From IMG/VR virus record IMGVR_UViG_3300033571_024432, positions 32,001-96,000 of that record: a DNA stretch of 64,000 bases. The stretch is one strand, 5' to 3'. A program made the translations under genes and the position numbers. The notes under the pieces are model-generated. The model searched no databases. It saw nothing but the letters and a program-made list of their open reading frames with translations, and had not been told where the DNA came from. The stretch comes from a virus. Shown here one piece after another: positions 29,169 through 39,485 of this stretch (position 1 is its first letter; each line of letters begins with the position of its first letter).

Positions 29169-29864
29169 ATGGTAGAATATAATAACAAAATTTATTTATA
29201 TGAAGATAATATAGGATATGTTGAGTATATTCAACATGTTGGTAATGATTTAACAATCGTTAATGCTGCGCGTGTATCGACAGGAAAAGAATCTGTAAAT
29301 TTTGAAGAGAAAGATAGGAAATTATTAGATTTTCTGATCAAATCAGGACATACATCAACTCTTGAACATAATATCTTAACTGTTAGATGTAAAGTTCCAA
29401 TGTTTATTTCTAAACAACATATGAGGCATAGAACACAATCATATAATGAAATAAGTAGAAGATATACAGCAGAAAAAATTGAATTTTATATCCCTGATTC
29501 ATTAAGACCGCAGGATAAAAAGAATCGTCAAGCAACATTGATGGAAGAATATAATCCTTTATTAGAAACAACAGGCTTTGATGCTATTAATAGTTTAAGA
29601 TTACATTGTGAAAATTCAAAAAAAGTATATGATGAAATGATTCAAAAAGGTGTAGGAAGAGAAATGGCTAGAATGTATTTACCTCAGAATTTATATACTA
29701 CATATTGGGCTACAGCTAATTTAAATAATTGGATGGATTTTGTATCTAAAAGATCTCATATAGATGCGCAATATGAGATTAGACAATTGGCTGAAGGTGT
29801 TGAAAAAATTATTAGAGATTTATGGCCTTTTGCATATGAATCATATTTAAATAATAAAAAATAA
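29169..29864 (+). CDS. thyX: Flavin-dependent thymidylate synthase
   Basis: NAARVS, GHTSTLEH, RHRTQSYNEISRRY, REMARMYLP and AQYEIR. Confidence 0.93.
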   Translation: MVEYNNKIYLYEDNIGYVEYIQHVGNDLTIVNAARVSTGKESVNFEEKDRKLLDFLIKSGHTSTLEHNILTVRCKVPMFISKQHMRHRTQSYNEISRRYTAEKIEFYIPDSLRPQDKKNRQATLMEEYNPLLETTGFDAINSLRLHCENSKKVYDEMIQKGVGREMARMYLPQNLYTTYWATANLNNWMDFVSKRSHIDAQYEIRQLAEGVEKIIRDLWPFAYESYLNNKK

Positions 29865-29904
29865 TAATATTGAATAAATAGATATTAATTAAAAGGAATA
29901 AACA

Positions 29905-31626
29905 GTGTTAATATCTGATGAAAGTTTATTAAGAAAATATATTAATAATTTAATATTTGAAGGTTTTACTCCACAAAATCCTTCTATTTCTTTTGTTGAT
30001 AGTAGTAAATTTATAAATCCTATTTATAATAAAATATGTAAGGAAATTTTACCATTAGTTTTAGGTGAATTAAATAAATTTTATCCTGATTTAAGTCAAT
30101 TTATATTTAAATCATTTAATAATAAATATACAGTACATAAAGATAAATTATTAAATGCATTATCTGATCCTGCTTTTATTACATCAATATTGTCTAAACT
30201 TCCTGATTTAAAAAATTTTATCGATATTAATGAAATGTTGACTCCAGATAATGTTCGATTTATAAAATTAATTAATAATAATTTAGGTGGATTTAAAATA
30301 TTAAATTCTGATACTCCTTTTAATGTTCAAATATTTTTTTCAAATAATGATGCTGGTTTATGGTCAAATAATATAACAAATATAAATATCCCAAAAGACG
30401 CATATGCAGGGTTTTTTCAATTGGTCGGATATAAACAAACAGGTATAGAATGTTATATAACTTTTAATTTATTTCATTTTATATATCACTCTTTTTTTAT
30501 ATATTATGTTGGTGTTACAAGAAAAAATGATTCATGGGAAAATGTATTTAATAAATATCTGAGTGATTCTATTAAAATTCAATTATTAAAAGTAATAAGA
30601 CATGAATTAGAGCACGCATTTCAGACAACAAATAATCTTTTAAATAAGATGAAAACTCGTCTTATTAATTATATAAATCCTATTTTAAAGCAGACAAGAA
30701 ATAAAGAAAGAAAAATAAGGGCTAAAGATAGGTTAGCAGGTAAAAATATTGCCATACCAATTAAATCAAGTATTGTATCTTTTTTAAAAGATAAAAATAC
30801 TGATTATCTTCATTTTAAAAAATTGACGCTAATATTATTAGAAACATTACGTGAAAGTCCTTCAATATCTATACAATATAGTGTTAATAAAAAAAGAAAA
30901 GGATATGGCTTTACTAAAACAAATCCTAATATTTTAAAATATTCAAATCAAAAATATGTAAATCAAAATAATAATATTGCTAGTGATCGCGAATCTAAAT
31001 TATATCGATATGATCCAGTTGAAATAATTCCGCAATTAAATGATCTTGTAATGTCATATGTATTTGCTGCTGCTGGATTTTTTGCAAATGTAGAATCGGC
31101 AATAGATTGGTTTTTTGAATTTATTGAATCTGATTTATTTAAAGAAAAATATGCTTTTGAAAAAGATTCAAAAACAAAAACTGATATATTAGAGGCATTT
31201 TTAAAGAATTCTAATTGTTTAAAAAATAAAGAGTTTGTAATTGATGATGTATTAATTAATAATAAATTACCATATAAATCTTTTAATTTTACAGAAGATT
31301 TTAATGAAATAATTAATGAATTTATTAATAATTTTAATTATATAACAATTGGTCAATCAGACTTATTATTTGATTTATTATCTGTTAAATCAAATGAACG
31401 TAATATTTATTTTGATGAAAGCACACCTACAGTAAATATTAATAGATCTGAATCTGTTTTAACAGATACTGATATCTTAAACGATCCTCAAACAAAGTCA
31501 GTAAATATTACTGATTTAAATAATTATAGAGATAAGCTTGGAAAAGAAATTAAAAATTTGTTTATTAAAAAAATGAAAAAATTGTGGCAACAAAAAAATA
31601 TGTTGAATATAAATTTAGATATTTAA
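29905..31626 (+). CDS. HExxH zinc-metallopeptidase-like protein with LxE leader
   Basis: VIRHELEHAFQ and a downstream YRYDPVEI. Leader SLLRKYINNLIFEG; GTG start after AAGGA. Confidence 0.6.
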   Translation: MLISDESLLRKYINNLIFEGFTPQNPSISFVDSSKFINPIYNKICKEILPLVLGELNKFYPDLSQFIFKSFNNKYTVHKDKLLNALSDPAFITSILSKLPDLKNFIDINEMLTPDNVRFIKLINNNLGGFKILNSDTPFNVQIFFSNNDAGLWSNNITNINIPKDAYAGFFQLVGYKQTGIECYITFNLFHFIYHSFFIYYVGVTRKNDSWENVFNKYLSDSIKIQLLKVIRHELEHAFQTTNNLLNKMKTRLINYINPILKQTRNKERKIRAKDRLAGKNIAIPIKSSIVSFLKDKNTDYLHFKKLTLILLETLRESPSISIQYSVNKKRKGYGFTKTNPNILKYSNQKYVNQNNNIASDRESKLYRYDPVEIIPQLNDLVMSYVFAAAGFFANVESAIDWFFEFIESDLFKEKYAFEKDSKTKTDILEAFLKNSNCLKNKEFVIDDVLINNKLPYKSFNFTEDFNEIINEFINNFNYITIGQSDLLFDLLSVKSNERNIYFDESTPTVNINRSESVLTDTDILNDPQTKSVNITDLNNYRDKLGKEIKNLFIKKMKKLWQQKNMLNINLDI

Positions 31627-31829
31627 TCTATAATTTCATCTATAAAATGTTGCAACCAAACTAATGGTACTATATTCTTTTTACCATCTAAAAAATATTC
31701 TATTTCATCATATCCACCGTCATTTTCAGCTAAATTTATTTTTATAAAAAGACCATATACATCATCTTTTTTAAATAATTTATTCACTAACTGTTCTTTT
31801 TTATCTATGTTTTGTAAAACACTACTCAT
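31623..31829 (-). CDS. Small hypothetical protein
   Basis: 68-aa ORF filling the gap; shares a TTAA stop with the convergent gene. Confidence 0.5.
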   Translation of the reverse strand: MSSVLQNIDKKEQLVNKLFKKDDVYGLFIKINLAENDGGYDEIEYFLDGKKNIVPLVWLQHFIDEIID

Positions 31830-31840
31830 TTTATTATAAT
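31812..31840 (+). promoter_or_regulatory. Promoter TTGTAA-N17-TATAAT
   Basis: TTGTAA at 31812-31817 and TATAAT at 31835-31840; overlaps the start of the minus-strand gene. Confidence 0.7.
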
Positions 31841-31883
31841 ATTCTATATACTTACGCTAATATAAAATTAAATAGGAGTAAAA

Positions 31884-32102
31884 ATGAAATTACATGATAA
31901 TTCAATTTCGCATATTGCCAAAATTGTGCAAATGGCAATTTTAACAGGAACAGACATTGTTGATAATCTACGTTCTGTTGAATTTGATATTGAAAATGAT
32001 TATTTAAAGGTAAATGAAGAATATGAAAAATCATTTGAATTAAATATTAATAAAATGATTGAAGATTTTATGAAATTACAACAAACACAAAACGAACAAT
32101 AA
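31884..32102 (+). CDS. Small hypothetical protein
   Basis: AGGAG RBS; IAKIVQMAILTGTDIVDNLR. Confidence 0.7.
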   Translation: MKLHDNSISHIAKIVQMAILTGTDIVDNLRSVEFDIENDYLKVNEEYEKSFELNINKMIEDFMKLQQTQNEQ

Positions 32103-32114
32103 TAAAGGAAAAAA

Positions 32115-32498
32115 ATGCAAAATTTTGATAGATTATCTGATATGTTTACTAAACGTGAATCATTTATGCATTTGTTAAGACAAAAATTCCCAAATGCTTA
32201 TCCTGTTGCATGGCCAGTTGATTTAAGTAATAAAGATGCACAATCAAATATTAGAGATATTGCATTGAAAGGTGTTGAAGAAATGTTTGAAGCACTTCAG
32301 CATTTAAAAAACTGGAAATCACATAGAGAAACAGATATGCCTGATGTTAATAAGGATGAATTTTTAGAAGAAGTTGTTGATTCATTTAATTATTTTTTCT
32401 CTTTACTAATATTGGCTGGGTTTAATGAAAACGATTTTTTTGATGCCTTTAATAAAAAGGATGAAATTATCAGAAATCGTCTAACAAATAAATATTAA
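32115..32498 (+). CDS. All-alpha NTP pyrophosphatase (MazG / dCTPase-dUTPase-like)
   Basis: EEMFEALQHLKNWKSHR...EFLEEVVDSFNYF (ExxE...EExxD pattern). Confidence 0.7.
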   Translation: MQNFDRLSDMFTKRESFMHLLRQKFPNAYPVAWPVDLSNKDAQSNIRDIALKGVEEMFEALQHLKNWKSHRETDMPDVNKDEFLEEVVDSFNYFFSLLILAGFNENDFFDAFNKKDEIIRNRLTNKY

Positions 32499-32508
32499 AC
32501 CTATTAAA

Positions 32509-32539
32509 TTTTTCCTAATTATTTTAAAATTAGGAAAAA
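32509..32539 (+). terminator. AT-rich hairpin (12-bp stem), possible terminator
   Basis: TTTTTCCTAATT (32509-32520) pairs with AATTAGGAAAAA (32528-32539), 7-nt loop. Confidence 0.45.
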
Positions 32540-32542
32540 AAA

Positions 32543-33229
32543 TTGTATAGAAAAAATGATAGAACAATACAAAAAATTATTAAAAACAGACAATCATGTT
32601 TTAAAATAATAACAGAAATTTGGGAATATATTGAAACTGATTTGATATATTATTTAGGTATTTACAATGAATTTGATGCTCGTTTTGAATTAGTTGGAAA
32701 TACTATTGATATTTGTTTTTTATCTAATAATGATGTTATTTTTGAAAAACAAATAGAATATGAATTTGAAAATAATAAAGAAATAGATTTTGAAATTGAT
32801 ATAAATTATAAGTTAGCAGATATAAATTTTTTTGAAACATATATCTGTTATGATATAAATGCAATATCAGATCAAGGTAAAATTATTTCTTCAAAAATAT
32901 TATTAAACATAAACTATTCAGGAAATATTGATGGTCTAACATATTTTAAAATTGAGTTTATATTAAGTTTAATAAATGGAACACAAGAAATATTGAATAT
33001 AAAAAATAAAAACATAAAAGATAAAAATATTCTATTATTAGACTCTATATTAGAAGAAACGATTTGTTTAATGTTGCTTGATGATCTTATATTTCAAGAT
33101 GCGATTGACAAAATTTTTGAATTTCATAAAGGACTTTTTGATAAAATGAAGTATGAAGTTAAAGAAAAAATAAAGTTACAAATTGAAGAATTATATAATA
33201 GAATGTTTTTATTGGATTGTAAAAGTTAA
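32543..33229 (+). CDS. Hypothetical protein
   Basis: 228-aa ORF; the TTG start is uncertain. Confidence 0.55.
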   Translation: MYRKNDRTIQKIIKNRQSCFKIITEIWEYIETDLIYYLGIYNEFDARFELVGNTIDICFLSNNDVIFEKQIEYEFENNKEIDFEIDINYKLADINFFETYICYDINAISDQGKIISSKILLNINYSGNIDGLTYFKIEFILSLINGTQEILNIKNKNIKDKNILLLDSILEETICLMLLDDLIFQDAIDKIFEFHKGLFDKMKYEVKEKIKLQIEELYNRMFLLDCKS

Positions 33230-33245
33230 AAAATAAAATTATAAT
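33217..33245 (+). promoter_or_regulatory. Promoter TTGTAA-N17-TATAAT upstream of NDT
   Basis: TTGTAA at 33217-33222 and TATAAT at 33240-33245. Confidence 0.7.
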
Positions 33246-33283
33246 ATTAATATAATAAAAAAACAAACAAACAAAGGATAAAA

Positions 33284-33850
33284 ATGTTAAAAAAAATTAG
33301 CGAAAATGCATATATGTTAACTGAAAATGTTTCTGTACAAAGATCAAACAGTGAAGTTATTAATTTAAATAAAGAAAAACATACTAAAACAAGATCTGAT
33401 CGTTGGAAGGTTTATTTGGCATCTGGTTGGTTTAATCCGCCAGCATTACAAGAATTATTACAACTCGAAAACTTTTTCGATGAATTAAATGAAAAGATTG
33501 AATTAGCAGCACCACGACGTATTTTTGTTTGTCCTCCTGACGCCTCTCAGTCTGTTCAAGATGATACATTTAATGGTAATTGTCATCATATTGAAACAGC
33601 AGATTTTCTATTAGTAAACACACGTGATAAAGATATGGGTACTATTTGGGAAGCTGGTTATGCATATGCTCACTCAAAGCCGATTGTTTATTATTGTTCG
33701 GGATTACCAGCAGGATCAAAATTTAATTTAATGTTGTCTAGATCAGGAATCAAAGTTTGTACATCTATTGAAGAATTAAAAGATTATTTCAATCGTTGTT
33801 TTGAAATGGGTGGTTTAATTGTAGAAAATTATGATAGAGAAATTGAATAA
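33284..33850 (+). CDS. Nucleoside 2-deoxyribosyltransferase / N-glycosidase family protein
   Basis: VYLASGWF and DMGTIWEAGYAYAHSKPIV with the catalytic Glu. Confidence 0.8.
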   Translation: MLKKISENAYMLTENVSVQRSNSEVINLNKEKHTKTRSDRWKVYLASGWFNPPALQELLQLENFFDELNEKIELAAPRRIFVCPPDASQSVQDDTFNGNCHHIETADFLLVNTRDKDMGTIWEAGYAYAHSKPIVYYCSGLPAGSKFNLMLSRSGIKVCTSIEELKDYFNRCFEMGGLIVENYDREIE

Positions 33851-33853
33851 TGT

Positions 33854-34231
33854 ATGATTCATCACATTTCAGATCACGAATATTGTCAGTTAATAGAGGC
33901 TGAAATCTCTCGAAATGAAAGTGTCATTATTAAAAAAACATTTTTCAATAAAGCTATTTTAAAAAAGTGTGCGATTAGTTTTGTTTTATGTTGTATTGGC
34001 GACTTATGGTCGTCTTTTGATCATTATGCAATTACTCATGATTGGATATATACTCAAATAGCAACGGGTTTAATTTCTCAAGCAATTTGGTTAACATCTG
34101 GGTTTTTATTTTTTGATGCCACTGATAAGAAAGAGAGAATTGCTATTGGTATTTCAAACGCCTTAGGATTTTCAGTAGGTTCAACTTTAATGTTAATATA
34201 TCTTAAACCTTTTTTCAACTCGTTTTTCTAA
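33854..34231 (+). CDS. Small membrane protein (about 3 TM helices)
   Basis: Three hydrophobic segments. Confidence 0.6.
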   Translation: MIHHISDHEYCQLIEAEISRNESVIIKKTFFNKAILKKCAISFVLCCIGDLWSSFDHYAITHDWIYTQIATGLISQAIWLTSGFLFFDATDKKERIAIGISNALGFSVGSTLMLIYLKPFFNSFF

Positions 34232-34255
34232 AAATTATAATTTAAATTGTAATTA

Positions 34256-34690
34256 CTAAATAGAAAATTTAAATGTGATACCTGTTTCATCATGACCTAA
34301 ATCATTTTTATTTCTATATAAATCTACTTCTAAAGATTTAATAAAGTGATTATTATCTAATTTTATTTTAAATGTAGGTGTTAATAAATTAAACAAAGAA
34401 TTTTTAGCTGTATCAACGCCTACTTCTTCTTTCCACGTTTGCAAAAAATTATTTTTAAATTTTTGAGTGTCAGTATTATCATATAATTGAAAATTAAAAT
34501 CAAAATCTTTTAATACATCTTGCATTTTTTCTAATATTTTATTTTGAATATTAGGTGATAAATTTAATTTAATATTTTTTGATAATTGTATATCTATTTC
34601 ATTTGAAAATTTATTTTCTTCGTTTTCTAAAATTTTATGTATTTCTTTAATTTTATTTTCAAACAATAATTCTTTTAATTTATAATTCAT
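34256..34690 (-). CDS. Hypothetical protein with LxE leader
   Basis: MNYKLKELLFEN. Confidence 0.6.
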   Translation of the reverse strand: MNYKLKELLFENKIKEIHKILENEENKFSNEIDIQLSKNIKLNLSPNIQNKILEKMQDVLKDFDFNFQLYDNTDTQKFKNNFLQTWKEEVGVDTAKNSLFNLLTPTFKIKLDNNHFIKSLEVDLYRNKNDLGHDETGITFKFSI

Positions 34691-34716
34691 TTTAAATAAC
34701 CTATAATTATATAATT

Positions 34717-34745
34717 TTGTAATTATCTGTTTTTAAGTATATAAT
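34717..34745 (+). promoter_or_regulatory. Promoter TTGTAA-N17-TATAAT upstream of thioredoxin
   Basis: TTGTAA at 34717-34722 and TATAAT at 34740-34745. Confidence 0.7.
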
Positions 34746-34802
34746 AAATAAAAAGTTAAAGCAAATTTAGAAGTCTTTTATTGATAATAAAGGTTTAATA
34801 TT

Positions 34803-35144
34803 ATGTTAAATATTACAAGTGAAAATTTTGAAGCTGAGGTTTTACAAAGTAATCAAACTGTTTTGGTAGATTTTTGGGCACCTTGGTGTGGGCAATGTAA
34901 ACAATTGAATCCAATTCTAGAACAATTAGAGATTGAATTTAAAGATAAAGTGAAATTTATTAAAATAGATATTTCTGATTCTGAAGGTATTGCTTCAAAA
35001 TATTATGTATCATTATTACCTACTATTTTACTATTTACATCTGATGGTGTTTTGGCAAAAAGATTAGTAGGATTAAATAATAAAATATTTTTAACAAAAA
35101 ACATACAAGAAACTATTGATAAAAAGATAGATGAGTTATATTAA
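34803..35144 (+). CDS. trxA: Thioredoxin
   Basis: VDFWAPWCGQCK and a cis-Pro region LPT. Confidence 0.9.
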   Translation: MLNITSENFEAEVLQSNQTVLVDFWAPWCGQCKQLNPILEQLEIEFKDKVKFIKIDISDSEGIASKYYVSLLPTILLFTSDGVLAKRLVGLNNKIFLTKNIQETIDKKIDELY

Positions 35145-35746
35145 TGGATAATATACAAAACAAAATATATAAAATTTATGATATTTATGAATTTATTGAT
35201 AATCAAAACATATTATCAAAAGATAATTTTTTAAATCATTTAATTTGTTATTCAAATTTTTTAAGTTTAATTAATTTAAAAAGTGAAGAAGAAAAAAATC
35301 ATGCTACATCAATTGCTATTATTTATTCTGTCGTTAAAGAACTATATATTAAACATTTAGAAATAATAAATATTTATAATGAGAATGTAAAGAGAAAAAT
35401 TAAAAAAGTTTCATGTAAAAAATATTTATTAAATAAAAAATTGAATATAAAAAATGAACCAAATAAAAGTATAAACACTTTATGTAATTTATATCAAAGT
35501 GCTTTTAATTGTGTATTTATTGAAACAAATAAAATATTAAACAATTACATGAATAATCAAAAAACTAAATACACAGATGATGATGAATATTTTTCTTTAT
35601 TATCAAAACAAGGTAAATATTCTGATATTTGTACATTAGTAAATCAACACAATATAACAATAAATAATATTAATTATTGCTTTTATGAATGTTATAATGA
35701 TTATGGAGTTTTTTATGTATTATCAGACTTTTTAAAAGAAATTTAA
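35144..35746 (+). CDS. Hypothetical protein
   Basis: 200-aa ORF coupled to the trxA stop. Confidence 0.55.
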   Translation: MDNIQNKIYKIYDIYEFIDNQNILSKDNFLNHLICYSNFLSLINLKSEEEKNHATSIAIIYSVVKELYIKHLEIINIYNENVKRKIKKVSCKKYLLNKKLNIKNEPNKSINTLCNLYQSAFNCVFIETNKILNNYMNNQKTKYTDDDEYFSLLSKQGKYSDICTLVNQHNITINNINYCFYECYNDYGVFYVLSDFLKEI

Positions 35747-35855
35747 CCTATTAAAAATTTTAAATATTTTTAAATCATACATGAATATTATAATAATTTA
35801 AATTATAATTTTTTATAATATCTTTATTACAACTCTAAGTAGGAGATAATTTTTA

Positions 35856-38800
35856 ATGTTTTCTAATTTTCAAACACCTAAACAATTTGTAGGACTTCAT
35901 GCACATTCACATTTTTCTGTTTATGATGGTTTAGGTTATCCATCTGATCATATTGATTTTGTATTACAAAATGGTATGAATGCGTGGGCTTTAACAGATC
36001 ATGGTAATGCTAATGGTTTAGCACATGCACGCAGTCATACTGCTAAGTTGCAAAAGAAAGGAATTGATTATAGACAACTTTATGGTGTTGAATGTTATTT
36101 TGTTCCTTCTTTAAAAGATTGGGCGTCTGATTATGCAAATCATAAACAAACAATTAAAGATGCTAGAACTGCTGCTGAAGCTGAAAAAATTGCAAAATCT
36201 AAGGTTGATATTGATGCAGATGATGATGTTGATGCTGGCGGATTAGTAATTGAAGATGAAAATGAATCAAAATCTTTAAATGTAATGGATGATGAATGGA
36301 AAAGACGTTATCATTTAGTTGTATTGGCACGTAATAGAAAAGGTTTATCGAATCTTTTCACAATGGTAAAAAAATCTTATAAAGAAGGTTTTTATAGATA
36401 TCCTAGAATTGATTTTGAAATGTTAAAAGAATTCGGTTCTGATCTTATTGTTTCAACTGCATGTTTAGGTGGTATTTATTCTAATCGTATTTTGAGAGGT
36501 GTTGCACATGGTCAATCACGTGATCAAATTCAGAATGAATTAAAAAATTTAACAGATCGTTTTCATCAATATATTGGTGAAGGATTTCATTTGGAATTAC
36601 AATTTAATAAATTAGAAAAACAACATGTTGTAAACGATTATTTAATCGAACATTCTAAATTAACTGGGATTCCATTAATTGCAACTTGCGATAGTCATTA
36701 TCCAACTCCTGATAAATGGCAAGCACGTGAAATGTATAAAAAATTAGGTTGGTTAGGTAGCGAATTAAATACAGAATTACCTAAATTTGAAGATTTAAAA
36801 TGTGAATTATATCCTAAAAATGCTGATCAAATGTGGCAAGAATTTAAAACAGCATGGGAAGAATTAGATTTTTATAAAGGTAATGAAGAAATTGTTAAAA
36901 ATGCAATTGAAAGAACATATGATATTGCATGGGAAATGTGTGAAGATACATGGATTGATACAAAAGTAAAATTACCTGTAACTGATTTACCTAATAAAAC
37001 AACAATGCAACAATTAACAGAATTAGTTAAAGAAGCTTTAATTAATGAAGGTCTTGCAGATAATCAAATTTATATTGAAAGAGCAAAAGAAGAATTATCT
37101 GATATCAAATACTTGGGGCATGAGGCTTATTTCTTAACAATGTATAAAATTTTTAAGGAAGCAGAAAAACATACATTTTTAGGACCGGGTCGTGGCTCAG
37201 GTGCAGGATCTTTAGTTAATTATTTATTAGGAATCACTCAACTTGATCCTATTCCTTACAATCTTCTTTGGAATCGATTTTTAGGTCGACATCGTGTAAA
37301 TTGGCCTGATATTGATACTGATGCTGGTAATCGTGATGAATTGATTAAAGCAGCACAAAAATTGTTTGGCGAAGAAGCTGTAATCCCTGTCAGCAATTTT
37401 AATACTCTTAAATTAAAATCATTAGTAAAGGATATTTCAAAGTTTTATAATGTTCCATTTGAAGAAGTTAATGCAGTAACAGGTCCATTACAAGATGAAG
37501 TAATGTATCATGCGATGGATGAATCTATGGAAAAATCTGTGTTTGTTCTAAAACATGAAGATTGTATGGAATATAGCACGCGTTATAAAGAATTTATGGA
37601 AAAATATCCAAAAGTAGAAGAACATATCAGAACATTATTTACTCAAAATAAATCTATTGGTAGACATGCAGGTGGCGTTATTGTAGCTGACCCTAAAGAG
37701 TTAGAACAAACAATGCCAATGGTTGGTGTACGTGGTGAATTACAGACGCCATGGGCTGAAGGTCTTAACTTTCGAAATTTAGAAGATAATGGTTTTTTAA
37801 AATTTGACTTTTTAGGTTTAACATTATTACGTGATGTTGAAAACTGTATTAACAGAATCTTAAAAAGAGAGAATAAAAGAAAAGCAACATTTGAAGAAAT
37901 TAAAAAGTTTTTTGATGAAAAATTAAATTGTCGTTATGTTAAACAAGATGATTTAATTGTATGGAAACATGTTTATGAAATGGGACATTTTACAGGTATT
38001 TTTCAATTTGCACAAACAGGCGCACGTAATTTTGCAATGGAGGCTAAACCACAAAATATTGAAGATTTAGCAGCTGTTACAGCAATTTATCGCCCAGGCC
38101 CTTTAAAGGCAAATGTGCATAAAAAATATGTAAAAGCTAAAAATGATGCAATGATTAAAAAACCAAAATATGCGCATCCTGTAATCGAAGAAGTTTTAGG
38201 ACCTACATATGGATTTATTGCATTTCAAGAACAATTTATGTTATTAGCACAAAAATTAGCAGGATTTAGTCCTGCAGAAGGTGATAAGTTACGTAAAACG
38301 CTTGTTAAGAAATCTGTTGAAAAATTAGATGCAATTTATAAAGAAAGGCAAGATGCTCGTGAAAAATTTATTAAAGGTGCAAAAGAAGTAAGTAATGTTC
38401 AAGAAAGTGTAGCAATTGGTTTATGGGAAGAAATTGATTTTTTTGCGCAATATGGCTTCAATAAATCACATGCTGTTGCTTATGCAATTGATTCATATTA
38501 CGCTGCATGGTTACATACACATTATGAAACAGATTGGTTATCTACAATTTTAGAAACAGAAAAAACAGATCCTGCACGTATGGCAAAAGCTATTTCAGAA
38601 GTTAAATCTTATGGATATAAATTTAGTCAAATAGATGTAAATTATTCTGGTGATGAATGGTATTATTCAAATGATTTAAAGGCTTTTGTTCCTCCTTTAT
38701 CATCATTAAAAGGTACAGGTGATAAAGCTGTTGAAGAAATTATGAAATATAGACCATATAATAATTTAGAAGAATTATTATATAATGAAAATGGTGAATG

Positions 38801-39437
38801 GAAACATTCAAAAATGAATAAAGCTTCATTTGGTTCATTATGTAAAATGGAAGCATTTGGTTCATTAGAAGAAATGAAGAATGGGCATATTGCAAATCAT
38901 AGACAATTATACGATTTAATCATTGGAAATTATGACACTTTGAAAAAAGGAAAATATGGAATAACAGATGCAGCACGAAAAAAGATTGAAAAAAGAGGTG
39001 AACAACCACAATTAATTATTGATGTTTTATTATCAGATATATTACAGGATCACTCAGATTGGTCACGTACGCAAAAGATTAGTAATCAATTCGAACTTAG
39101 TTCTAATTCATCAGATGAGCTCCTGTATCCATCTGAGTTAATTGATAAGTTAAAAAAGCAAGAAATACCTAGCGCATTAACATTACCTGAAGGTAAGTTT
39201 GTTGCTTGGTTCTGTATTATGGATGGATTTGAAATTAAAAAAACAAAAAATGATAAAAATTTTATAAAAGCTGCAGTGTCAGATAATGAAGGAAATATTA
39301 GTAAAATTAAAATATGGGGTGACATAGATACAAATGATTTTGCATATACAGTTTGGATAGCTGAAGTGAATATGCAAGCAGATTGGGGATTATCAACTAA
39401 TTCTTTTAAAATGAAAAGGGTTACTATTTTTGATTAA
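35856..39437 (+). CDS. dnaE: DNA polymerase III alpha subunit (family C)
   Basis: PHP domain LHAHSHFS, TDHG, GVE and DSHY; GPGRGSGAGSLV; catalytic PDIDTD; RHAGG; KFDFLGL; YRPGP; QEQFM; FNKSHA. Confidence 0.96.
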   Translation: MFSNFQTPKQFVGLHAHSHFSVYDGLGYPSDHIDFVLQNGMNAWALTDHGNANGLAHARSHTAKLQKKGIDYRQLYGVECYFVPSLKDWASDYANHKQTIKDARTAAEAEKIAKSKVDIDADDDVDAGGLVIEDENESKSLNVMDDEWKRRYHLVVLARNRKGLSNLFTMVKKSYKEGFYRYPRIDFEMLKEFGSDLIVSTACLGGIYSNRILRGVAHGQSRDQIQNELKNLTDRFHQYIGEGFHLELQFNKLEKQHVVNDYLIEHSKLTGIPLIATCDSHYPTPDKWQAREMYKKLGWLGSELNTELPKFEDLKCELYPKNADQMWQEFKTAWEELDFYKGNEEIVKNAIERTYDIAWEMCEDTWIDTKVKLPVTDLPNKTTMQQLTELVKEALINEGLADNQIYIERAKEELSDIKYLGHEAYFLTMYKIFKEAEKHTFLGPGRGSGAGSLVNYLLGITQLDPIPYNLLWNRFLGRHRVNWPDIDTDAGNRDELIKAAQKLFGEEAVIPVSNFNTLKLKSLVKDISKFYNVPFEEVNAVTGPLQDEVMYHAMDESMEKSVFVLKHEDCMEYSTRYKEFMEKYPKVEEHIRTLFTQNKSIGRHAGGVIVADPKELEQTMPMVGVRGELQTPWAEGLNFRNLEDNGFLKFDFLGLTLLRDVENCINRILKRENKRKATFEEIKKFFDEKLNCRYVKQDDLIVWKHVYEMGHFTGIFQFAQTGARNFAMEAKPQNIEDLAAVTAIYRPGPLKANVHKKYVKAKNDAMIKKPKYAHPVIEEVLGPTYGFIAFQEQFMLLAQKLAGFSPAEGDKLRKTLVKKSVEKLDAIYKERQDAREKFIKGAKEVSNVQESVAIGLWEEIDFFAQYGFNKSHAVAYAIDSYYAAWLHTHYETDWLSTILETEKTDPARMAKAISEVKSYGYKFSQIDVNYSGDEWYYSNDLKAFVPPLSSLKGTGDKAVEEIMKYRPYNNLEELLYNENGEWKHSKMNKASFGSLCKMEAFGSLEEMKNGHIANHRQLYDLIIGNYDTLKKGKYGITDAARKKIEKRGEQPQLIIDVLLSDILQDHSDWSRTQKISNQFELSSNSSDELLYPSELIDKLKKQEIPSALTLPEGKFVAWFCIMDGFEIKKTKNDKNFIKAAVSDNEGNISKIKIWGDIDTNDFAYTVWIAEVNMQADWGLSTNSFKMKRVTIFD

Positions 39438-39485
39438 TATTTATAATAAAACATAATTATTAATTTATAAAGAAATGGAAAATAT

